Source of the DNA: Mobula hypostoma
Lineage: Eukaryota
NCBI RefSeq assembly: GCF_963921235.1
Contig: NC_086097.1
Span: 229,960,001-230,024,000 of the forward strand
Direction of reading: 5' to 3'
DNA: 64,000 nucleotides
Position numbers and translations under genes: made by a program
In this document: one piece after another, positions 50,540-63,749 of the stretch
Position numbering within the stretch: the stretch's first letter is position 1
How the letters are laid out: each line of letters begins with the position of its first letter
The notes under the pieces: generated by a model
Database searches by the model: none
Told to the model about the DNA's origin: nothing
What the model saw: the letters and a program-made list of their open reading frames with translations, nothing else

Positions 50540-51066
50540 ACTAGAACCATAGAACACTACAGCACAGAAAACAGGCCACTCGGCCCTTCTAGTCTGTGCT
50601 GAAGCTTTATTCCGCTAGTCCCATTGACCTGCAGCCGGTCCATAACCCTCCAGACCTCTCCCATCCGTGTACCTTTCAAATTTATTCTTAAAACTTAAGA
50701 GTGAGCCCACATTTACCACGTCAGATGGCAGCTCGTTCCACACTCCCACCACTCTCTGAGTGAAGAAGTTTCTCCTAAACCTTTCCCCTTTCACCCTAAA
50801 GCCATGTCCTCTCGTATTTATCTCTCCTAATCTAAGTGGAAAGAGCCTATTCACATTTACTCTGTCTATGCCCCTCATAATTTTGTAAACCTCTATCAAA
50901 TCTCCCCTCATTCTTCTACGTTCTAAGGAATAAAGTCCTAAACTGTTCAATCTTTCCCTGTAACTTAACTCCTGAAGACTGGGCAAAATCCTAGTAAATC
51001 TTCTCTGCACTCTTTCAATCTTACTGATATCCTTCCTATAGTTAGGTGACCAGAACTGCACACAAC
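50540..51066 (-). mobile_element. Young CR1 3' end
   Basis: Uninterrupted CVQFWSPNYRKDISKIERVQRRFTR...NFFTQRVVGVWNELP. Confidence 0.93.
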
Positions 51067-51470
51067 AGATTGGGGTTTTTGTTATAATGTTTTCACATTC
51101 ATATTCGATGTCACGTCTATTGCTCATCGCTAGTTGCCCTGGGAAATGGATAGAAGACTACCTGTAAGTACATGGAATTTCCACCAAATTGGTGTATCCG
51201 TAGGTCTATGTATCTATGCTAAGTGGCCACTTTATTAGGTACAGGAGTGGAACCTGGCGTGGTCTTCTGTTGCTGTGGTCCACCCACTGCAAGGATCAAC
51301 ATGTTGCAAGTTCAGAGATGCTCTTCTGCACACCATATTGGTGTCGGGTGGAGGGAAATAGGGATACTGAGCTAGTGACATTGATTATAGTAGACAGGGA
51401 GGATGCATCTTGGATGAAAACTTTAAGTACTGCTTAAGTACTGAACTGAATTTAATTGACTTTATTACTT

Positions 51471-53266
51471 CACACAAAATGCTGGTGGAACGCAGCAGGC
51501 CAGGCAGCATCTATAGGAAGAGGTACAGTCGACGTTTCGGGCCGAGACCCTTCGTAAGAACTCACTGAAAGAAGAGATAGTAAGAGATTTGGAAGGGGGA
51601 GGGGGACAGGGGAGATCTGAAATGATAGGAGAAGACAGGAGGGGGAGGGATAGAGCTAAGAGCTGGGCAGGTGATTGGCAAAAGGGATACAAGGCTGGAG
51701 AAGGGAGAGGATCATGGGATGGGAGGCCAAGGGAGAAAGAAAGGGGGAGGGGAGCACCAGAGGAAGATGGAGAGCAGGCAAGGAGTTATTGTGAGAGGGA
51801 AAGAGAGAGAAAAAAAAAGAGAAAAAAGGAAAAAATAGACAATAATAAATAAATAAGTGATGGGGAATGAAGGAGAGGTGGGGCATTAACGGAAGTTAGA
51901 GATCAATGTTCATGCCATCAGGTTGGAGGCTACCCAGACGGAATATAAGGTGTTGTTCCTCCAACCTGAGTATGGCTTCATCTTTACAGTAGAGGAGGCC
52001 CTGGATAGACATATCAGAATGGGAATGGGACGTGGAATTAAAATGTGTGGCCACTGGGAGATCCTGCTTTCTCTGGCGGACAGAGCGTAGGTGTTCAGCA
52101 AAACGATATCCCAGTCTGCGTCGGGTCTCGCCAATATATAGAAGGCCGCACTGGGAGCACCGGGCGCAGTATATCACACCAGCCAACTCACAGGTGAAGT
52201 GTCACCTCACCTGGAAGGACTGTCTGGGGCCCTGAATGGTGGTAAGGGAGGAAGTGTAAGGGCATGTGCAGCACTTGTTCCGCTTACAAGGATAAGTGCC
52301 AGGAGGGAGATCGTTGGGAAGGGATGAGGGGAAAGAATGGACAAGGGAGTCGCACAGGGAGCGATCCCTGCGGAAAGCTGGGGGGGTGGGAGGGAAAGTT
52401 GTGCTACGCTGGTGGAATCCTGTTGGAGGTGGCGGAAGTTACGGAGAATAATATGTTGGACCCGGAGGCTGGTGGGGTAGTAGGTGAGGACCAGGGGAAC
52501 CCTATCCCTAGTGGGGTGGCGGGAGGATGGGGTGAGAGCAGATCTGCGTGAAATGGGAGAGATGCGTTTGAGAGCAGAGTTGCTGGCGGAGGAAGGGAAG
52601 CCCCTTTCTTCAAAAAAGGAAGGCATCTCCTTCGTCCTGGAATGAAAGGCCTCATCCTGAGAGCAGATGCGGCGGAGACGGAGGAATTGCGAGAAGGGGA
52701 TGGCATTGTTGCAGGAGACAGGGTGGGAATAGGAATAGTCCAGGTAGCTGTGAGAGTGTAAAGCCACACTCAGGTTGGAGGAACAACACCTTATATTCCA
52801 TCTGGGTAGCCTCCAACCTGATGGCATGAACATTGACTTCTCTAACTTCCATTAATGCCCCTCCTCCCATTCTTACCCCATCCCTTATTTATTTTTTATT
52901 TTTTCCTTTTTCTCTCTCTGCCCCTCTCACAATGACTCCTTGCCTGCTCTCCATCTTCCTCTCCCCCTTTTCTTTCTCCCTAGGCCTCCTGTCCCATGAT
53001 CCTCTCATATCTCTTTTGCCAATCAACTTTCCAGCTCTTGGCTCCATCTCTCCCCCTCCTGTCTTCTCCTATCATTTTGGATCTCCCCCTCCCCCTCCCA
53101 CTTTCAAATCTCTTACTATCTCTTCCTTCAGTTAGTCCTGACGAAGGGTCTCGGCCCGAAACATCGACCGTACCTCTTCCTATAGATGCTGCCTGGCCTG
53201 CTGCATCCACCAGCATTTTATGTGTGTTGCTTGAATTTCCAGCATCTGCAGATTTCCTTGTGTTTG
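51471..53266. mobile_element. Young Penelope-like element, head-to-head inverted structure (minus copy 51471 to about 52758; plus copy about 52759-53266)
   Basis: GIY-YIG ORF GVIYCARCSQCGLLYIGETRRRLGYRFAEH...EEQHLIFRLGSLQPDGMN. YLDYSYSHP..NAIPFSQFLRLRRICS. 14-bp TSD tgactttattactt at 51457-51470 and 53267-53280. Confidence 0.94.
53134..53169 (+). ncRNA. Minimal hammerhead motif, catalytic boxes intact, helix III palindrome broken
   Basis: AGTC-CTGACGA-AGGGTCTCGGCCC-GAAA-CATC-GACC. The mirror copy at 51527-51562 (minus) reads CTTACGA. Confidence 0.55.
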
Positions 53267-54560
53267 TGACTTTATTACTTACATCCTTCATATGCATGAG
53301 GAGTAAAAATCTTTATGTTATGTCTCCATCTAAATGTGCAATTTATAGCAATTTATAATAATTATGTACAACAGGACAGTCAATATAACATAGAAATACT
53401 ATAGCATCAGCATGAGTTAATCAGTCTGATGGCCTGGTGGAAGAAGCTGTCCCGGAGTCTGTTGGTCCTGGCTTTTATGCTGCGGTACTGTTTCCCCGAT
53501 GGTAGCAGCTGGAACAGTTTGTGGTTGGGGTGACTCGGGTCCCCAATGATCCTTTGGGCTCTTTTTACACACCTGCCTTTATAAATATCCTGAACAGTGG
53601 GAAGTTCACATCTATAGATGTGTTGGGCTGTCTGCACCACTCTCTGCAGGGTCCTGCGACTGAGGGAAGTACAGTTCCCATATCAGACAGTGATGCAGCC
53701 AGTCAAGATGCTTTCAATTGTGCCCCTGTAGAAAGTTCTTACAGTTTGGGGGCCCATACCAAACTTCCTCAACTGTCTGAGGTGAAAGAGGCGCTGTTGT
53801 GCCTTTGTCACCACACAGCTGGTATGTACAGACCACGTGAGATCCTCAGTGATGTGGATGCTGTTTACTCTCTCAACCCTCGATCCATTGATGTCAATGG
53901 GGGTTAGCCCATCTCCATTCATCCTGTAATCCACAACCAGCTCCTTTGTTATTGCGACATTGAGGGAAAGGTTGTTTTCTTGATACCACTGTGTGAGGGT
54001 GATGACTTCTTCTCTGTAGGCTGCCTTATTATTATTTGAGATTAGGCCAATCAGTGTAGTATCGTCAGCAAATTTATTCAGCAGATTGGAGCTGTGGGTG
54101 GCGACACAGTCATGGATATACAGAGTAAGGGAGGGGGCTTAGGACACAGCCCTGAGGGGCACCTGCATTGAGGGTCAGAAGTGCAGAGGTGAGGAGGAAG
54201 CCCACTCTTACCACCTGCTGGTGATCTGACAGGAAGTCCAGGATCCAGCTACACAAGGCAGGGTGAAGGCCGGGGTCTCTGAGCTTCTTGTCGAGCCTGG
54301 ATGGAATTATGGTGTTGAATGCTGAACTGTCGTCCAAGAACAGCATTCTCACATAAGCATCCTTCTTCTCCAAATGTGTAAAGACGGTGTGTAGAGTTGT
54401 GGCTGTTGCATCATCTATCAACGGTTGTGTCGGTAGGTGAATCATAGGGAATCCAATGTGGATGGTAGAATGTTGCAGATGTGGTCCTTGACCAGCCTCT
54501 CAAAGCATTTGCTTATTTTTGAGGTGAGTGTGACAGGATGCCAGTCATGTGAATACATTG
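53267..54560 (-). mobile_element. Rex1/Babar-like LINE; its 3' tail at about 51440-51470 is displaced by the PLE insertion
   Basis: [18 protein letters not shown]...[40 protein letters not shown]. Confidence 0.92.
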
Positions 54561-54574
54561 CTCCTCTCTAGACA

Positions 54575-55222
54575 GATTTAAGTGCACCAACTTCCTGGGA
54601 TCTCTCCTGGTCCCTTAATATCACCTCCCTGAACAAGAAGGACTCCACTTACTAAGGAGATTGTGGAAATCTCCACCTCCCACCTTAACTGCATTTTATA
54701 CGAGCACCATTGAGAGCATCCTGACAAGTTGCATCTCCATCTGCTATGGGAGCAGCCGAACATCGGACTGGACCAGAAGTCTCTACAAAGGACTGTAAGA
54801 ATGGCTGAGAGGATCATAGAGGTCTTCCATCAGAGATATTTATCAAGAGCACTGTATACGCAGGGCTCTTAGAATTATTAAGGATCCCACCCATCCATTC
54901 AGCATCCTCTTTAAACTTTCCACCATCAGGCAGGAGAGTCCAATGTATAAAAACAGGAACGGTTAGAATGAGGAACAGTTTCTTCCCCAACCCATTTGGC
55001 TTCTAAACTCCCTATCGCATTGGATTCAAAGTGTCACTGGTTAATCTGACAATATTTAACTTATGCACCTTAGTCTGTTTATTCATGTGTAATCTATCTA
55101 TAGATTTCATCCTTACTTTCATAAGTTATTATGTGTATGTGTGCTTTGCACCCTGGTCAGAGAAACATCTCATTTGACAGTATACGTGTATATAGTTAAA
55201 TGACCATAAACTTGACTTGACT
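54575..55222 (+). mobile_element. Rex1/Babar-like LINE 3' end
   Basis: ttttatacgagcaccattgagagcatcctgacaagttgcatc. Tail taaacttgacttgact. Confidence 0.8.
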
Positions 55223-55353
55223 AAGGTTTAGCTGCACTGTGCCAAAAGGATGGTTCATTGTAATTTGCCCTTTATATTGCATATGGTCCACTCACGGATA
55301 TTAAGCCAAGTGACAGTGCACAAAGAGGAAATGGCCATGTCCAAAACTACACA

Positions 55354-55857
55354 CACTCAGTGGCCAGTTTATTAGGGATACCTACTCATTAATGCAAATA
55401 GCTAATCGGCCAATCACGTGGCACCATCTCAATGCATAAAAGCACACAGACGCGGTCATGAGATTCAGCTGTTGCTCAGAACAAACAGCAGAAATGGTGA
55501 GGAAATGTGATCCAAGTGACTTTGACCATGGAATGGTGCCAGACGAGATGAATTGAGTATCTCAGGATCTGCTGATCTCCCGGGATTTTTCAGGCACAAC
55601 AGTCTCCAGACTTTACAGAGAATGATGCGAAAAACAAAAAAAAAGCATCCAGTGAGCCGAACTGCCTTGCTAAGAGAGCTGAGAGGAGGATGGGCAGACT
55701 GGTTCAGGCTGACAGGAAGGTGACTGAAACTCAAATAAGCATGTATTACAACAGTGGTGCGCAGAACTTGCAACGTGTTGGACCTTCAAGTGGATGGACC
55801 ACAGCAGCAGACCATGCTAGGTTCCACTCCTGTACCTAATAAAGTGGCCACTGAGTG
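55354..55857 (+). mobile_element. Non-autonomous Tc1-like element
   Basis: TIRs cactcagtggccagttttatt / aataaagtggccactgagtg|TA. Confidence 0.85.
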
Positions 55858-56734
55858 TAAATGCATAGACCTATGGATGCACCAATTTGGTGGAAATTCC
55901 ATGAAGAGGCTTTCAGATATCTGCAAATATTCTCCTTACTGAAGATTACAGCTGACCATGTAGAGATTTATAAAATTAAGAGGTGCACTGAAAGGATAAA
56001 CAGAATATTTTTCCTTTGGACAGGTGAGTCTAGAACGAGAGGGCAGAGGTTTAAGGTAAGAGGGGAGAGATTTGACAATGATCTGGGGGTAAGTTTCCCA
56101 CCCGCACCCCCCCCCCGCACTGTATTATAGTTATCTGGAACAAGCTGCCCAAAGAGGTGGTAGAGGCAGATACAATTACAGCAATTAAGAGAGGTCTGGA
56201 CAAGTACTTAGAACAGTGGAGAGATGTGGGCCTAATGGGATTTGCGTGGACAGTCAGTATGGTTGAGCTGTGCTGAATGAGCCTGTTTCTGGGCTGTATA
56301 ACTGATTTAATATGACCAATGTCTCAACCCTGCTTTTACAAACACTGTGTTAACTTGTCAGCAAAATTAAACTTTAGGAAAACGCTGAGGTGCTGGAATT
56401 TACTGGTGGCAGTGCTGCTGAAACTCAGAAAAAGATGGCTGGTTTGAGGTGGTCAGTAGCAGAAACATCACAATCATTGTGAATTTTTTTGCCGAACAAT
56501 AACGCCAGACTAATCACACTGCACTGGAGACAAATCAGAAATCAGAATTATTGCCTGGAAATTCTGCTCCACGTCGAACACAATTCTGACATTAAGAAAT
56601 CAAAGAACACAACACAGCAGACAAACAGACATCTGGACTGTTCAGGCTGTGCTGGCTCTTTGAAAGCAGGGTCATAAAGAAAGCTTCTGGCACATTGCCC
56701 TTTATAAATCAATGTACTGTGTACAGGAGATGGC

Positions 56735-57322
56735 ATGTCATGTTGAAATTGTATTTGACATTGGTGAGACCTACTTTGGAGTATCGTGTGCAGTTTTTGG
56801 TCACCTGCCTACCGGAAAGATATAAACAAGGTTGAAAGAGTACAGAGAAAATTTACAAGAATGTTGCCAGGTCTGGATGACCTGAGTTATAAAGAAAGAT
56901 TGAACAGGTTAGGACTGTATTCCTTAGAACATAGAAGATTGAGAGGAGATTTCAGTGAGTTATACAAAATTATGAGGGATATAGGTAGACTAAATGCCAG
57001 CAGGCTTTTTCCACTGAAGTTGGGGTGGGACAACAAGCAGAGATCATGGGTTAGGGGTGAAAGGTGAGAAGTTTAAGGGGAACATGAGGGGAAACCTCTT
57101 CATTCTGAGGGTCATGAGATTGTGGAATGAGCTGGCAGCACAAGTAGAGGATGCGAGCTCGATTTCAATGTTTAAGAGAAGTCTGGATAGATACATGGAT
57201 GGTAGGGATATGGAGGGCTATGGTCCCAGTGCAGGTTAATCGGAGTAGGCAGTTTAAAAGGTTCAGCAGGGGCTAGACAGGCTGAAAGGCCCGTTTCTGT
57301 GCTGTTATTTTCTACGACTCTA
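56735..57322 (+). mobile_element. CR1 3' end (another at about 55955-56300)
   Basis: FWSPAYRKDINKVERVQRKFTRMLPG...GNLFILRVMRLWNEL. Confidence 0.9.
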
Positions 57323-57919
57323 TGTGCAATTGTGCACACATCACTCTTTGACCAGAAACCTTCAACAATAAAATGCCCATTTTAGTGTGACTTTTGAAAA
57401 CAATCTTCAGCTTCAGAGGTTGATGCTGACAACTCAGTGAAGGAATTTCTACTTTGTTCCCTGTAGCGCTCTTGCCAAACAGTTCTGAGCCCTTCAGATG
57501 CAGAGACCAGTGACTACAGATCATTATCACATCAGCCAGAATGAATATTTTCTGCTTCATTAAACTCTCATCTCCATTTAAACATACCAGATCGAATCTT
57601 AAATTTCTTCATACAAAGATGACATTCTAACCTTTCCGAGCTCTTAATTGAAATCATTCAGCTATATTAAACTGCGAGGCCTTCACTTTTTTGAATGTGG
57701 ATCCTACAATTGCCCTCAGCTTGAGTTGGATCCTTTCAGCTCAAAGATTGTTTGAATTTGCAGCATTCAGAGGAGAAGGGAGGAGCCAGAAGCTTTTAGG
57801 GAATTGTTTTCCAGTTCCGGGGTTGTTAATCCAATTGTTTTTTTTCCCCCACATAAAAGAGCAACAGGCTATAGTGATGCAGCCATGCTGGAGATTTCAG
57901 TGCCATGATTGACACAAGT

Positions 57920-60900
57920 GCTGAGGCTTTGGTGCGAGGCGGCTTAGCAGGCAGGTACAGGTGCGGTTTTTCGTAGAATTGGAGTAGCTGGGATGTCAGT
58001 TAGGATAGTGGTCCGTGGGAGATCGGGGAGGCTGCCCGTGTACCTGCAGCAAGTACGCCTAGCCGCAGCTCCTGGCGGAACGTATGCCGTAGTCAGATAT
58101 ATTTAGGATTGTCCAGGATGCTGACTGCTTCATAGATGAGTTAAGTGAGGTGTTTACAGCCAAGGCGCAGGCAGCAGCTCGCTGCGTGATCACCAGGATA
58201 GATAAGGAGACGAGACGGTCGATGGTAAACTCCTAGTAGGGATTGGTGAATTCATGACTTTGGAGTACAGCACAGAGAGAAAGGGGGATGGAACATGAAG
58301 CAGTGAGATAACGGGAGCACCTACACGGTTGGTACAGGCAGTGAGAGTCTGTAACATGCTCAACTGGCCAGAACCACAAACTGTAGGCTAAAGTGAAACC
58401 ATGTCCTGAGCAACAGCTTCAAAAAAACTCCAGGACAGAAGCTTGACAAAGTACACAAGGTGAAAGTGGAACTGCACACAGCTCACGTAGTATATTGGTT
58501 CTGAAGCTTGAGTCTGCAAAGGCTTACCTCACTCTGCATACATAGCACAAGTGGGATACAGATGATTGGAGGGGGGGGAATGTAGATAAGAGATAGTTTA
58601 AAAATAATGAAATCATTGAATGGAGAAGTATCTGTTTTAGGGGGAGTGACTCTTCTATTGATGTCAGCTTGTAATAAGGAGGAAGTTTATTCTGAAATTA
58701 AATGCCAGACTTCTTTCCGTCTACAGAAAGTGCTGAGTGCCCATGGCTGTTCCTCTCAGCAACAAGTCTGCATGATCGGTCACCCACCCCTTTGGACACA
58801 GCTGGGAATGGACGACTAAGCAGGGCACAGCCACAGCAACCAGGTCAGGAGCACTGCGGCCGACTCTGAGGCCCAGCAGGGAAGGGTAAAGTCAGGCAGA
58901 ACGATAGACATAGGGGGACTCGATAAGTGGGGGATCAACTGGGAGATCCTGTAGCTGCAAAGAAGGCACCGGGGTGGTGTGTTGCCACCTGCGATGTCTC
59001 ACAGTGGCTGCAGAACATTCTCAGGGAGAATTTCAGCAGCCAGATGTCTTTGGTGATGACATGCACCACAACATGGGCACCATTCTGTTACAGCTCGGGC
59101 CATCAAGAATCTGGAGTTCAATCCCAGTGTCCTCTGGAAGGAGTTCCTAGACGTACTCCCTGTAGAGTGCACGAGTTTCCTCCGGGTCCTCTAGTTTCCC
59201 CCTGCTGTCCAAAGACATACCAGGGAGGGAGGTCGTTGTAAATTGTGCTGTGATTAGGGCTAAATCGGGGATGTCAGGGGCTGCTAGGTGCTGTGGTTCA
59301 CAGGGCCTAGTCTGCCCTGTATCTCTAAAAGAAAATGGGGAAAGAGGTCCTACACAGGGAGTATAGGCAGTCAGGATGCCGCGTGCTAGTCAGGGTAGGA
59401 ACAGCTGTGGCAGGGCCTCAGGTTCCTGGACCATTGGAACCTCTTCTCGATGACCTGAACAAGGAGGACGGGTTGGTACGTAACTACAGGGGAACTAATA
59501 TCCTGGTTGGGAGCTTTGCTGGTGTTACTAATTTGACAAGGGTTGTGAATCAGAGCACCAGGTTAGAATGTGGAGGGATTGACCAGGAAGAACAGGCAGG
59601 AGCAAGGTAACAGACACAATGGGATGGGCAAGTTGAAGTGTGTGTATTTTATATGCGAGGATGAACTTAGTGCATGGATCAACACATGGAACTATGATGT
59701 TGTAGCCATTACAGAGACTTGGTTGAGTGAGGGACATAAATGAGTGCTGAATGTTCCAGGGTTTCGATGTTTTAGAAAAGATAAAGATAGAAGGCCAGCA
59801 GGAGTTATGCTATTAATTAGAGAAGAAATCACAATGGCACTCAGGTGGAACAAACTGGAGGGCTCAACCTTTGGATCTATAATGTTAAGACTCAAAAATA
59901 AGAAAGGTGCAATCATTCACAAAGACCTCCTCAGCACAAGTAGTTTATATGGGGCAATATTTGTAAGGTGCATCCAGGAGGTTTTCTTAAATCAGTATGT
60001 ATATAGTCCAAAAAGAACAGGGGCCATAATGGACCTAGCATTACATAACGGGGCTAGCCAGGTGAATGACCTTTTAGTGGGAGAACTGTTAAGGAAGAGT
60101 GATCACAACTTAAGTTTTAAGATAGCTAGAGCCAAGTATGGATCTTGCAGGGAAGTATTAAATTCAAGAAAAGCAAATTACATGAGAATTCGGCACGAAC
60201 TAGGGAAAGATAATTGGGAACAGCTGCTTTTGGGCATCCATACCTGACGTGTGGGGGGTGCTTAAAAACTACCTGCACAAGGTGTAGGACAGGTACGTTC
60301 CAGTCAGAAGGACAAGGATGGCAAAGAAAGGAAAACAGTTACCAAGAGGTGGCGAATTTAGTCAAGAAGTTAAAGGAAATGTGTGTAAGGTTTAGGAAGC
60401 TAACATCAAAGAGAGCCCTTGATTATAAAAATGCTATACAAGGACCCAAGGAGGAAATTAGGAGAGCCAAGAGTGTCTACGAAAAGTCCTTGGCAAATAG
60501 GATTAACGAGAATCCCAAGGCATTTGAATACATGCACCTAGAGCAGAGGATGACTTGGGAGAGGGTAGGACCACTCAAGGATACAAGAGGGAGCACATGG
60601 TTGTTGATAGAGGATGAGGTGAGGTCCTAAATGAGAACTTTGCATCAGTAGTTACCAAAGAGGATGTGGAAGTTGGGAAGATCAGTGTGGAGCATGGTAA
60701 TATGCTTGGGACTTGAGATAAAGAAGGATGTGGTGTGGGGACTCTTAAAAGAACCTCAAGGTGGATCAGTCCCCAAAACCAGACTATCGAGACACAAGAG
60801 CTGAGATTGCTGGGGCCTTGTCCAATATATTGTCCTCCCTAGCCACAGACAAGGTTAACAGTGTTCCGTTAATCAAGAAAGGAATTAAGTATAATCCTGG

Positions 60901-61390
60901 AAACGGATGAATTGCACTTCAGTTGGAAGGAAGTTACTGGAGGGGATGCTTAGGGATAGAACTTCTGAACATTTTGAAAACCATAGCCTGGTGACGGACA
61001 GCCAGCACGTCTTTGTGAGGGGCATATCACATCTACTAACTCGATTTGAGTTTTGAAGAGGTGATTGAAGATGGAGAAAAGTGTTTGACAAGGTCCCTCA
61101 TGGGAGACCCACCCAGAAGAATAAGATGCATGGGGTCCAGGATGACTTGGTGGTAAGAATTCAGAACTGGTTTGCACATAAAAAGTGGGCAGTGGTCGAT
61201 AGGGCATAGTCTGGCTGGAGGTCAATGACTAGCAGTGTTCCACAAATATTGTGACCTCTGCTGTTTGTAGTATATACACATTAGGCTTTGGAGAGTATGA
61301 AGAGACCAAACTGCTGTCGCATTAGAGTGCACATGCTATAATGAGAGATTGGACAAACTTGGGTTGCAGAGGCTAAGGGGAGATCTAACC
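57920..61390 (+). mobile_element. Old near-full-length CR1 LINE (ORF1 remnants, endonuclease, RT) with nested inserts
   Basis: DVSQWLQNILRE (ORF1 esterase region), LNVPGFRCFRKD...GVMLLIRE..SDHN (APE endonuclease), ANRINENPKAF, tttgacaaggtccctcatg (FDKVPH). Confidence 0.85.
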
Positions 61391-61399
61391 CTAACTACA

Positions 61400-62600
61400 A
61401 CAAGTATATATTTTAAAAAAAATTACACAAGTATTGTTTAAAAAAAAGGAGGGGGGGGGAGAAAATACCAAGAAAATGTTCATGGGTTCATTGTCCATTC
61501 AGAAATTTGATGGCAGAGGGAAAGATGCTGCTCGTGAAACATCAAGTGTGACTTCAGATTCCTGTACCACCTCCTTGATGAAGAGGGCATGTCTTGGGTG
61601 ATAGGGGTCCTTAATGATGGATGCTTTTTTTAGGCCTTTTGAAGATGTCCTGCATGCAGGGGAGCCGACTGTGTGTACAATTTTCTGCAGCTTTTTCTGA
61701 TCCTGTGTAATGGCCTCCCCACACCAGATGATGGTGCAACCAGACAGAATGCTCTCCTTGGTACATCTACAGAAATTCGCGAGCGTCTTTGGTGATGTAC
61801 CAATTCTCTTCAAACTCCTAATGAAATACAGCCACAGTTGTGCCTTCTTTGTAATTGCCTCAATATGCTGGGCCCAGGGACTTGATACTGTTTACCCTTC
61901 CCATTTCTGACCCCTCAGTGAGGACTGGAGTGTGTTCCCTCGACTCCCCCTTCCTGAAGTTCAAAATCAATTCTTTTGTCTTACAGATGTTGAGTACAAG
62001 GTTGTTAATGTGACACCACTCAACCAGCTAATTTATCTCACTCCTTTATGCCTCCTTGCCACCATCTGAAATACTGTCAATAAGAGTTGTGTAATCAGCA
62101 AATTTATAGAAGGTGTTTTGAGCTGTGCCTGGCCATAAAGTGGTGGGTATAGAGAGAGTAGAGTAGTGGGCTAAGCACACATCCATGAGGTGCACCACTG
62201 TGGACAGTCAGTGAGATGTTATTTCCAATCTGCACTGACTATGGTCTCCCAGTGAAGTAGTCAAGGATTCAGTTGCAGAGGGAGGTACAGAGGCCCAGGT
62301 TCAAGAGCTTTTTTTGGAATAAAACTGAGGGTATGATGCAAACCGTGATACTGTGGAAGCATTTCTGTGGGCTGCTGAACTTGAGATACTTTAGTTCTGA
62401 ACCCCTCTCTATTATCAGCGGAAAAGACTTCAGCAAGGTAGGAGGAGACCATGTAAAGCAGTTGGGGCTGGTTCCATACTGCTCAGAGATGTCACATGGT
62501 GAGGTTAACATCCTCTGTTCACTTGGAAGAAACAAACCCACACCGAGTGAGGGAGTAGCTCTTAAGCCATTAGGTGGAGGCGGTTGAGCAACTGATTAGC
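61400..62600 (-). mobile_element. Rex1/Babar-like LINE
   Basis: KTLANFCRCTKESILSGCTIIW...IIKDPYHPRHALF. Confidence 0.85.
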
Positions 62601-63749
62601 TCCTTAGTCTTTAATTCTCATAAAATGGGTCTATTGTTTTTCTTCACAGTGCAAACTATGGCAGACTCCAGGGCAGCCCATAAGCTGTGGGTGCATATGA
62701 GAGACACCTCTAGACAGAGGTCCAGCAGCAAACCCAACCCCTAAGGAACAAAAGGTGGATGCAAGGCTCACTGGAGCTTGCCAACAGCCATGATATATAC
62801 AATCTTTAATGCTGTAAGAAAAAAACTTCTATGTTCCAAGTGCCCAGATCCCCCACAGTGCTTCCTTTTCTCCTTCTCAATTCTCATCTGCTGCTTTCAC
62901 TTTGGCATTCTGCCTATGTCACTGTGAAGCCTCTAAGCTATTCTATTTTATTATCTTTTATGATTTTGACAAGTTTCATATCAGCTTCGAACTTCAGCTG
63001 CCACATCCTTTACACAAGTCCACCAACAGATGAAAAATAATTAGCAATTTCCAAAAAAAGCTTTTGTGAAAACCTCAATGAAAATTATCTACCCACTGCA
63101 TTTAGTTTCTTATTAACTGACGAATTTTGGATCCCTGATCTCACTTTCCACAAACTTCACTGTTTTCAATATTTTTGAACAAACCACCAGTAGGCCACAT
63201 CCCCAAAAGCCTTCTGAAAGTCCATATACTCCTGCCATGCATTACCTCAAAAGTTTAAAATCAGATTTGTCAGACGTTTCTGTTGCCTTTTCTTGATTAA
63301 GCCCCAACTTCACAAATGAAAACCACATCCCGATATTGATCTCCAACAACTTCCCTCCCAATAGTGCCAGACTGAATGAACTGTAACTCATTGTTAGAGC
63401 TTTTCTTTCATATATGGTACTCTTACATTAGCAAATCTCCAGTCCTCCAAGATCAGTGTTCTCATTAAGGGTAGGGCTGGGGGTGAAGTGACATCTGAAA
63501 CAAAAACAAAAATTAATATCAGTACTGATGACCAGAAATCTAATTAGATTACTGTCAAAACAGATGATTCACCAATGCCTAATGATACCTGACTGGATAC
63601 AAACACTGTCAAGGTCTTCCATAACTGATACCACTTGTTTTAATGCTCACCAATCTCAACTGCATACCACTCTAGAGAAAAAGAAATCTGGTTGATTCTT
63701 AACACGATTGTCCATCCAAAATATAGAGAGGAGCTATAAGCTGCCTGAA

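Noticed and set aside
9025..51562. Selective inactivation of hammerheads on the PAG1-sense strand
   Set aside because: All sense copies have some defect (for example CTTACGA at 51552-51558), but most antisense copies are also damaged, CpG decay explains many changes, and the sample is too small.
52207..52833. 208-aa ORF as a novel RT/nuclease fusion protein
   Set aside because: It reads across the inversion junction of the PLE, so the N-terminus is antisense sequence.
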